Source: Monocercomonoides exilis PA203
Taxonomy: Eukaryota > Protista > Preaxostyla
Length of the DNA stretch: 64,000 nt
NCBI GenBank assembly: GCA_001643675.2
Contig: LSRY02000007.1
Coordinates: 1,302,001-1,366,000, forward strand
Direction of reading: 5' to 3'
Shown: positions 40,701 to 48,575 of the stretch, in pieces
Position numbering within the stretch: the first letter of the stretch is position 1
Layout of the letters: the number at the start of each line of letters is the position of its first letter
The notes under the pieces: model-generated
Databases searched by the model: none
What the model was told of the DNA's origin: nothing
What the model saw: the letters and a program-made list of their open reading frames with translations, nothing else
Made by a program: the position numbers and the translations under genes

Positions 40701-43700
40701 CCAAACACATCTGCCACTGAAGACAACAATAATCCCTCATTTGCCAATACTAATTCAGCTTCAGACTATCCTCATGCAACGACTCCCACGCATGCATCTC
40801 GTATCTCATTCTTTTCATCAATCTCAGGACGGTCAATACTATCAACAATATCAATCGTGATTCAGATTGCTGAGCGTTGGGTGTTGTTTCCACTGTTTGT
40901 TCTTGGTGCAGTTTCCGTATCAAAAGGTCAACTTGAAGGGAACATATACTTGAACACTGTGTTTGTGACATTTGGAGCAGCGCTTGTGCTTCGTGCGTCG
41001 TTCGAGGATCCAGCGAAAATGCTTATTCCTCTGCTTGTGAATGAGCTTTTATTTCACATCGACTATATTGATGCTGCTGTATCTCCAATTGTAGATATCG
41101 CCATTTGCGTCATATTAGTGTGGAAAGGGCTTAATCTTCTGGAAAAGGGAAAGTATGTTGTTGCTCACTGGCTTGATTTGTGGAATTCTTCAAAACTTTC
41201 CCAAATGTCTTTCAAATCGTTCTTAGTGAATGTGTTACCACATATCATATCATTTGTTCTTTTGGGTTTTTCAATTGCATTTGTTGGGCTTTCAACAATT
41301 ATAGATGCTCCTATCTATCCAATTCTGGGCACCTCCTTCTTCTGTATGGCAGCTCCTCGCCCTGCACTTTTCTGGCCTCGCGAAAAGTTTCAGCCGTTTA
41401 ACAGGCCACTTTTTTTAACAAAAATGCCTCCTTCTTCTTCGACTTCATCATTATCAAATGAAAATGCTCCTCATTCTTCTTATATATCAGTCTCCTCTCA
41501 AAATTCAACTTCAGATCCTCTTTCACAGACTCTGATGAATGAGAATTCACTCTACATGAACATTTTTTCACATCGCCCCTTTTTTTCTTCTCGGAATTCT
41601 GTGTTTTATGAATCTTTTGCGCAGAGACTGAAAGAAACTATTTGCAGAGATGCGGAGTTAGGAAGCTTTGGTACAATTTCTTCGGGATCGTTTCTGCTTC
41701 TTGTACAGTTGAAAGAAGAAAATAGTGAGCGTAGATTATCACTCACAAGGAGGAGAATTATGCTTGCTGAAAGAAATTGCTATCAAATAGAAAAACAAAG
41801 AGTTAAAAGCAACGAAAGAATGATGAGAAGAAAAATTGAAATTGACAATGACTCAAATTGTGAAAATGAAAGCAATCAATCATCTTTTCATTGCTTGAAC
41901 GAGGATGCAAACTATTTTCAAGAGATCGAATCAGCTACAAGAACAAAAATCGAAAGAGCGTCAAGTCTGCTGCGAACTGGAGATGTAACTGCGACAGATG
42001 AGGAAGGAACAGCATATCTAATCCATATTATATCTTCAGGATTTGGGTATTTGACTTTTACGATACGAGCAGTTGAAATCAATCATTATCCAGTTGCGCA
42101 AGAAGAAATAAAGGAGGCAATGCAATCTTTATATCCTTCCTATGCCGAGACTTTTTCTTCAAAGTTTGACTCAAAACAGAAAATGAGCAAATTCTCTTCT
42201 CGATCTGTTTCTGAGCTGAATATTGGTTCTCTTCCACCTCAATCTCAAAAAAATCAGTTGAATCAAAATTCATTTTTGCTAAAAATGAATTCTGTTGAAA
42301 ATGAGAGATCATTAAACAGCACACAACTGGAGCAGGCAATGTTTCAAAGATTCTGTAGTCGCTTGGTCCTTCCGTTTCGTCTTCGAATTGAGCGACCAAT
42401 CTGCTCAATTGTTTCTCTTCCAACTCATACAATAAATCATACTCAGCTATCTGCACTTTTGTGGTCATTTCATGATCAGCAACTGTTTGTGGGATTATGT
42501 GTGCATTCACTTATTTTTTATGCTGCAACTTCACCCCATCTACAACAGTGGCTCTCTTCAGATGTTGTTCTGAGTGAAATCTGTAGTTGGGATTGGGATG
42601 CAACGTTTGAGGCAATTCGTGAATTCTTAGTTGGTTTTTCACCCGATGTCGATTTACGTACAGTTGATGACTGGATGCGTGGGAAAGGAGAAGATAAATA
42701 TGAGGAGGATGAAGAAATGTGGAGACTGACACATTTTGGAGAGACGAGAGGTGGAATTACAATTTCTTCATTCTATAATCTGTTCGTGGAGTGGATCGGT
42801 GAATGCTTGATGTTAAGACAGCAATCAGCAAAGGTGCCTGTCAGGAGAAAGCATCGACGTGATAGTATTGCTTCGATGAAAAAACGGACTTCTCTTTCTC
42901 AATATGAAACAAATTTAGAAGAACTGGAAGGGCAAAAATCTGATCAATCTTTTGAAGGCGACAGCACACAACAACGAAATGTGGGTGATTTCGAAGCATT
43001 TCCTGAGCGTTCTAGGGAAAGTCCATCTTCAAGTTCATCATCATCTCCTTCAACTTCTTCATTGTCTTCTGATTCATCATTTTCTTCTGAAACATCCCAG
43101 TCATTTTCTGAAGACGATAATTCATCTCATTCTACGACAAACTATTCATCCTTTACAAACAGAACACGACTTGGACCTTCTCTAACCGAAGTGCGACTTC
43201 TGTTCTTTCTTTCAATCGCTCTTAGAAAACTTCTTCTTCAACCTGTCAATAGTTCGCAACTTTCTCTGATGCTGTTAAAAGAAAAGGAGAGAAAAACGAC
43301 AAAGCAGAAAAGCAAACAAAGTGAACATGGTAACAATCTTAAAGCTGAATCATATCCCAAAAAAAGAAGCTCAAATCGATATAAAGAAGAAAGGGGAAAC
43401 GAGAAGTTAGATAATAGTTTAAGTTTTGAATCTTCAGAGAGCAGGGTTATGAGCGAAAGATCTAGCGTTAAAGGAAAAGTTAGTGAGATGACAAGTGATT
43501 TTGCTTTTGACAATGAAGAAGAGAAGGAAGTATATTTGGAAGGAGAGAATGGAAATATCTTCAGTACGCTAACTCCAAAACAGTGCAGAGATTTGCTTGT
43601 TCAAAACATTGTTGATCTCTTTAATGGGGAAACAAAAATAATTGAGAATTCAGGAGACAGAAGCGGGGGAATACTTGGAGATCGAGAAAATGGCCCTTTT

Positions 43701-44423
43701 ACAATAGCAGATAGAATGTGGTTGGAGGACTGGATTAGAAACGACGATTCGCTGTTATCCCTTTTCACAGCAACAGTTCGAACTGCGCTTGTTGTTTTCC
43801 TGAATGTTAAGAGCGAAAAGGGGGGAGAAGCAAAGATGGTTCCTGTACATCCACTTTTGGAGTATTTAACAGAAATAAAACAAAGGTGGGTTGTGTGTTC
43901 TGAAGATGAGGAGCAATGGAGACTTAATGTGATGGTTGGTACTCAACCACTTCTTTCGATAAGAAGGGACGAAGAATGGGAGCTATCAAATAGAATTGCT
44001 TCAATTTCACAAGAACCATTTAATTCGCGTTCGGATAATTTGGAAAACGGAAAAAGCGAAAATTTCCTTCATTCTGGTGAGAACGTATATGTTGTTTCAT
44101 CTTGTATGCAAAATGCCCGTTTTGCCGTTCTCTCCCTAATTCCTGAAATGGTTCGAGGAATTTGGGCACAAAGGGTCTCAGACGTAATGTTTTTTGGGGA
44201 GAATCTCGATTTTGAGCGAGATAATGAAGCTTTCCCAAAAAAAAAGAGAATTTTCTTCTCAACAAAGCCATCAACATACCCTCTTCCTGCAGTTTCCAAT
44301 GCTTCTCCGTCATCTCGCATTCTAAATACAACATTATCTTTATTTTGTGATCCACCATTAGGGCACCCTGCTTATATCAGTCCTGTGCTTACAAGTTACA
44401 GCAACATTATTGCCATGCCTTGA
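37755..44423 (+). CDS. PCNX: Pecanex-like multi-pass membrane protein
   Basis: ORF with first ATG at 37755 and many hydrophobic helices. C-terminal blocks match the pecanex family: PIYPILGTSFF..APRPALFW (41352), NSVFYESFAQRLKETICRDAELGSFG (41595; compare [26 protein letters not shown]), LIHIISSGFGYLTFTIRAVE, IFYAATSPHLQQWL, EQWRLNV..LLSIR, EMVRGIWA, and CDPPLGHPAYISPVLTSY (44346; compare CDQPIGYPIYVSPLTTSY). Confidence 0.88.
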   Translation: MKILQKLKSIFLTIIRGFISLFANEVFSNFTGGLRYYFELPVGVNILLVIVWLLLFGTSAIIFEYGKNSTATLFYPSIVFLYSFLVLVLLPSLRSILQIFHNRYSTAIPSTENDGHIKEAFRSQEIFIDKEKKSPSLASTHQDSFQADDMEPLLSSNIQEYPKRSFIRRSVSFSHDQKDKFDTVLGAVAEDFELDSQISISALSAPTVIEFHDQLRDSYSTEKISSYHAVTQDISSMDFVAHGQVQHDIGERNDEQTSHKLIDLNDKTSEPIVPLVRLDSDTENHSKRLTDVQLPDSNSVLSNNNQTVSANESHHRETNKNSSGIVEQLAQMIQSLPIEQTLSGTSFLRLGFLLLFSIAVVVYATTLFDVNFPDAYIDNPVNRIFFWISITAAVFSVLHPIMRPTNFHNANLFRLSFPSFSWWVLNPTERKKRMNHQTSHNTTLQASSPSAPQTLDSGEGDAASSSSSTGTFIEERSPALPSQTLTVPLDEPTNEQSRFKLIPLSHSVFSVDRAAVCLTWMIVSAALAAVSRLNLSQTMYKGYGIEVSAKRIVLLFSRALHIMVCYSCVLFCFGWVPTFSEVLWWMCEQLSHILFHSGWNSTFIAALYEFTKSAVFWMLLYVFAIGWMNLLEWRFSMVEGIMVSFSYMSSRFPSNVNFFREIFGKGRLIIEPPKQLPPFITQETINEAITEALQEYEDDESELDDDSETEAEFAENNAIEASSKREQGIKEEREDNFNNSSNLFSSSDILLNKRMENIFAEGEDQKVKRDGEPVQRKGVRMQQSTSKEHLTKKNCAIMSRHSNRKDAAILKEQNIINDNSKEAKTKDEDNISANSFQHDEMTVHYSEEVYIPAPFRSISVKPWRSEEIGAKPQLSSAVAQSRIRSRTIADFFIFFILVVVFSLLAAIGLINWVEKHFDACRHFLIVVSFLTHGVIPWMMHTPLLPSFWYKQKTTSSTQLPEESSISLDIPSAESNSAYLSNRPNTSATEDNNNPSFANTNSASDYPHATTPTHASRISFFSSISGRSILSTISIVIQIAERWVLFPLFVLGAVSVSKGQLEGNIYLNTVFVTFGAALVLRASFEDPAKMLIPLLVNELLFHIDYIDAAVSPIVDIAICVILVWKGLNLLEKGKYVVAHWLDLWNSSKLSQMSFKSFLVNVLPHIISFVLLGFSIAFVGLSTIIDAPIYPILGTSFFCMAAPRPALFWPREKFQPFNRPLFLTKMPPSSSTSSLSNENAPHSSYISVSSQNSTSDPLSQTLMNENSLYMNIFSHRPFFSSRNSVFYESFAQRLKETICRDAELGSFGTISSGSFLLLVQLKEENSERRLSLTRRRIMLAERNCYQIEKQRVKSNERMMRRKIEIDNDSNCENESNQSSFHCLNEDANYFQEIESATRTKIERASSLLRTGDVTATDEEGTAYLIHIISSGFGYLTFTIRAVEINHYPVAQEEIKEAMQSLYPSYAETFSSKFDSKQKMSKFSSRSVSELNIGSLPPQSQKNQLNQNSFLLKMNSVENERSLNSTQLEQAMFQRFCSRLVLPFRLRIERPICSIVSLPTHTINHTQLSALLWSFHDQQLFVGLCVHSLIFYAATSPHLQQWLSSDVVLSEICSWDWDATFEAIREFLVGFSPDVDLRTVDDWMRGKGEDKYEEDEEMWRLTHFGETRGGITISSFYNLFVEWIGECLMLRQQSAKVPVRRKHRRDSIASMKKRTSLSQYETNLEELEGQKSDQSFEGDSTQQRNVGDFEAFPERSRESPSSSSSSSPSTSSLSSDSSFSSETSQSFSEDDNSSHSTTNYSSFTNRTRLGPSLTEVRLLFFLSIALRKLLLQPVNSSQLSLMLLKEKERKTTKQKSKQSEHGNNLKAESYPKKRSSNRYKEERGNEKLDNSLSFESSESRVMSERSSVKGKVSEMTSDFAFDNEEEKEVYLEGENGNIFSTLTPKQCRDLLVQNIVDLFNGETKIIENSGDRSGGILGDRENGPFTIADRMWLEDWIRNDDSLLSLFTATVRTALVVFLNVKSEKGGEAKMVPVHPLLEYLTEIKQRWVVCSEDEEQWRLNVMVGTQPLLSIRRDEEWELSNRIASISQEPFNSRSDNLENGKSENFLHSGENVYVVSSCMQNARFAVLSLIPEMVRGIWAQRVSDVMFFGENLDFERDNEAFPKKKRIFFSTKPSTYPLPAVSNASPSSRILNTTLSLFCDPPLGHPAYISPVLTSYSNIIAMP

Positions 44424-44688
44424 GAAATATTTTTCATAAAAAGATAATGAAGTTAAACAACTCTATGAAAAAGCTAAAAGTTTCAAAATTTTTAAAAGCA
44501 ATTTATGAAGATTCAATTGTTCCAAATGAGCATTTTAATTCTGTGAATTATTGTTTCAATTAATTCAGGTTTTATGTTTTATAATTTGAAAGTTCGAGCA
44601 GCTAATGAGAAAAATCAAAATTTGTTGAATGCAATTATGCTTTTATAAATAAGTCGGGATAAGATTGAAGAGAGAAGGCTATCAACAA

Positions 44689-44702
44689 TTTTTTTTTTTT
44701 TT

Positions 44703-44740
<38 letters not shown>
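44689..44740. repeat. Poly(T) tract of about 50 nt (poly(A) on the minus strand) with one AC interruption
   Basis: Read directly from the sequence. Confidence 0.95.
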
Positions 44741-44743
<3 letters not shown>

Positions 44744-44959
44744 TCATTAAGAGTAGTTTTTTGATAATCGTTTGAAAATGGGTGAAGAATCTTTACCAAT
44801 TTTTAAAAACATATTTTTCTCTTTCAAAATTTTCAGTTTGAAAATTCGTATTGAATAGTTAAAAAAAATGAACACTAAAAAGTAATAATTCTTTTTCTTG
44901 ATTATTTTGTCACGAATCATCTCAAACATTGGTTTTGAAGAACTGCATTAATACATGTC

Positions 44960-45592
44960 AAATTTTTTTTGAAAAGTTCCTTTAGTTTAATTTTCAAATA
45001 GAATAATAATTTCATACTTCGATGAAATTTCTATTTCCACTCACCAAATTTTGCTATTACAAAAATAAAATTTCGACAATGTACAGATATCGCATAAAAT
45101 ACCGGACATCGCACAAAATACCGGACAAGATCGATTTCACGATAACTACAGGAGGAATAATTCTGACAATTTTCCTCAAAATGTTTCTCATTAATACAAA
45201 CTCATTTTATATGCAAAACTTTCAAAACAGCTTCATTTGTGCTCAGAAAAAAATAATTATTAAAAGCTCGGAGAAATAGGATTTTGAGTTTCTCCGAGAT
45301 TTCGATATTAATTTCTCCTGAGCACAAATGAAGCTGTTTTGAAAGTTTTGCATATAAAATGAGTTTGTATTAATGAGAAACATTTTGAGGAAAATTGTCA
45401 GAATTATTCCTCCTGTAGTTATCGTGAAATCGATCTTGTCCGGTATTTTGTGCGATGTCCGGTATTTTATGCGATATCTGTAATTATTTTCATTTTTGTT
45501 AAGTTTCGTGAGTGGGAACAGAAATTTTATGGAAAAAAGAAATATTTATTTTATTTGAAAATGAAACTAAAAGAACTCTTCAAAAAAAATTT
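44960..45592. repeat. Older degenerate inverted repeat (outer arms about 44960-45080 and 45483-45592) enclosing the MITE
   Basis: Left AAATTTTTTTTGAAAAGTTCCTTTAGTTTAATTTTCAAATAGAATAA aligns with the reverse complement of right TTATTTTATTTGAAAATGAAACTAAAAGAACTCTTCAAAAAAAATTT. Left ATGAAATTTCTATTTCCACTCACCAAA aligns with the reverse complement of TTTCGTGAGTGGGAACAGAAATTTTAT. Both have scattered mismatches. Confidence 0.75.
45084..45480. mobile_element. Non-autonomous foldback element/MITE, probably Tc1/mariner-pogo superfamily; TIRs of about 163 bp and a TA target-site duplication
   Basis: 45082-45246 is the reverse complement of 45318-45482 with no mismatch seen. The ends read TA|CAGATATCG...CGATATCTG|TA. 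Each arm carries a 19-bp direct repeat, ATCGCA(T/C)AAAATACCGGAC x2. The 71-bp spacer holds an inner hairpin (CTCGGAGAAA 45267-45276 / TTTCTCCGAG 45289-45298). There is no transposase ORF. Confidence 0.75.
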
Positions 45593-45899
45593 TTTTTATC
45601 AAATAATTAGAACAATAATTATATATGCGATGAAAAATCACATTCGATATTAAAAAACATAAAAAAAAGCAATAATTTCGATGTATTTCACCAAGATTAA
45701 TCTGAAAATCGTCGTTTCTGAAAATTGAAAAATTATTTGTGTTATTAAAAAATTGTGAAAAACAAGAAACTGAAGCATATTGTGAAAGAAAAATCGAGAA
45801 TTATTGTAATTTTCAATTATTATGGAATGAAAAGAAACTCAACTGCAAGTTTATTGTTTCGTGTTGCTTGTGGCAGAAGTTCAAAATAAACCAGTATTC

Positions 45900-47960
45900 T
45901 GTCGATGTTAATTTTTCCCCAATCACCTCCTTTTGTTGGTTAGGTTTTGTTTTCACAAAACAGTTGCAATGATTTGCCATTCCGCTTCACAAAATCAGTT
46001 TCTTTTTTTGTACTTTCTCACAATATCTGGGCTCAAGTAGGAGTTTAGTGAAAATCATTCACAAGTCCATATTCTCAAATGCTCAAAAAAATATTATCTG
46101 ATGAAGATTCATATAAAATAGCATTCGTTGAAATATGAAAAAGTTGTTCAACGCTGTCGTGTGTTGAACCCGACCAAACCTGTTGAATTTGAAGCTTCCA
46201 AAGAGAGAAAATTGATAAATCCAATGACTGAAGCAAATGTGTTCCATTCGGAGATTAATAAAAAAGAAAAACAATTTCATTAACAAATTGAGTCATAAGG
46301 TTATCTGATAAGTGAATTCTGCAACCATCGAGTATTAACACTGCTTGTCCATTCATTTCTTTAATAATCATTCTTCAAATGTTAATATGAAAAATGAAAA
46401 CTCACTTTATCCAGTTTTCAAATAATTCTGTTGAAAAACATGATGAACTTCTTATTTCAACATGACAACACACTCAGATATGGAAGCCAAATGATCGAAG
46501 GGATAAAATATTGAAATGCTTTTGAACCAAAAAAACAAGACAAAGCATTTGTTCCAACAAGAATAATTCAATGGAGCAATGCTAACTTTTTCTCACCTGT
46601 ATCAAAAAGTTCATAATCAGTTTCAATATTTTTATTTGTTCCGATTAAAAGTGAAAAAAATATTTAGAAATCTTCATTAGAATGACAACATGATTCTCCG
46701 AACTGGAAAATAATTGATGAATATTTGCCAATCATATTAACAAAAAAATTTTTTAAAGCAATGATGCTTTGCTCATGAATTTTCAAACTTTTTTCGATTC
46801 TCCAGCTTGAAGAGACAGCCATCAATTCTAAATGGTGAAAATTGATAGAAGATGCATGAAAATTGTGGGATGGTGTTTTCCGACAAACTTTTGCAACAAC
46901 TGATCAAAGTGATTTCTGAATGATTTGCTTTCTTTTATTTAAGAGAAAAGATGAGCTTTCCCACTTTTTTTGACCAAAGCACAAAAAATTGTTTCACTCA
47001 TTGCTTTATTTCAGTTTTTCAGTTTTTGATTAACTTGAATTTTCAAATATGTGAACTTGTTTCATTGACATAATAGAACAATTTTGTGAAAAACACTTCA
47101 AATACGAAAAAAAGAACGAGTTTTGTTCACATCTTTTGATCACTAATAATTTTTCCATGATGTTTAATTTTTCCATGAAAAAATTTGCATCAACATTTTT
47201 TCCCCATTTCTCAAATTTTTCTGAATTTTCTTTTCTTGTTTCATATTATTTCCGAGTTATCAACATGTTCTTTTTCAAAAAAAAAGTTTTTTTTTTAAAT
47301 TTTTTAATTTTTGAAAATGTTTCTTATTTGAATCTTGCAGATAAGACAAGGAGTGCGGTTGAGTGTTTTTTGTATCTGTATGTTTGAAGGAATTATGACT
47401 TTTCTCATTTTGCATGCCTCGAAGAAGGAACAAATTCATGAATCTTTTGTTTAAGAAGCGTGAAAAGATAAGTTGGATAAAATGAAGTGCCAGTCAATTT
47501 TTGAAAGAATCCTGTCAGAAATGTTTCAAATGAAGATGAACTGAAAGTTGATTATACGAAAGGCATTTCCAATAAAAAGAAAGAAAGAATTTGTTTTTCT
47601 GAAACAACCTGGGTGATTATTTTTGAAATCATAACTTTTTTCGGAGTGTTAATTTTTCGAAGGTTATTTGTCATTGTGATGAAATGTTGAATTCAAATGC
47701 TGAATTCATCACGATAGTTTCAAAAACAAATGTATGAACTCAAATAAAGATGATGATCTCTTGAATATGCCTGTTCACTTTTCAGTGTTCATCTTCTAAT
47801 ATTCATGGACATTTTTTGAATCGAAAATGATGAATGAAAAATTATGTTTTGAAAAATAATTTAGGATCTTTATAATTAAAATGATTTATGCAAGAAACAT
47901 CCAGTTTATTGATTAAGTGGAGAGTGAATGTTCTCCATTTATTTCACAAAAGCATTTGAA
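45900..47960 (+). pseudogene. Possible heavily decayed hAT-family transposase remnant
   Basis: Frameshifted fragments: VPTR-[AT]-NSMEQC (46551-46582; compare hAT V-x-TRWNS), WKIIDEYLPII about 46 codons later (46704; compare EWxxLxxLxxxL), and VE-(R)-MFS (47917-47936; compare SxxxERxFS). There are many stops and no intact ORF, so the boundaries are approximate. Confidence 0.3.
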
Positions 47961-48575
47961 TTAATAAATAATTAACATAAAACTTTTAATTATTTTGTGT
48001 CTGAATTCAAAAATCAAGTTGCATTCCGGTTTTCATTCGAAGCTTATAAAAGGTCAAAAAAAATATATAATTAATAAATTTTGTTTTAACTTAAAACATC
48101 CAAAATTTTTCAGACATAAAACAATTTTCTCCCTTTTTTATAGCAAATGAAACAAACTACTGTTTCTGATAGATATGAATCTGAATATATATTTTAAGTC
48201 CTAATTGGACAAAAATTCAACTGCATATGAAAAAATAATAATAATAATATAAATTTTCTTCAAAAAAAGCAAAAAGGCAGCTCTTTTGTGAGTGCCATTT
48301 TTTGATCAACGAGATGGAACATATATATATAAACGAAAACAAGAGCAATATTATACAATCCACGCACAAATAATGAAATGATATACCAACAGCATAAATG
48401 AAATATTCTGTATTATTGTTAATTGAAAATTTTCAACCTGTGATTATTGAATGAAACAATTTCATCTTGACAAAAGAAAAATTGCATAACTATTCTATCA
48501 ATAAATAATAATTTGGACGATGCACATTCCTTCAGTTTATCATCATCATATTTTTCTCAATTCAAAAAATTCACT

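Noticed and set aside
45082-45130. 19-bp direct repeats considered as a CRISPR array or iterons
   Set aside because: There are only two adjacent copies per arm, no spacers and no cas genes, and the context is eukaryotic. They are better explained as TIR sub-repeats.
45022-45653. ORFs 45022-45279 and 45450-45653
   Set aside because: They lie in the arms of the palindromic element, are short and AT-rich, and have no protein-like motifs.
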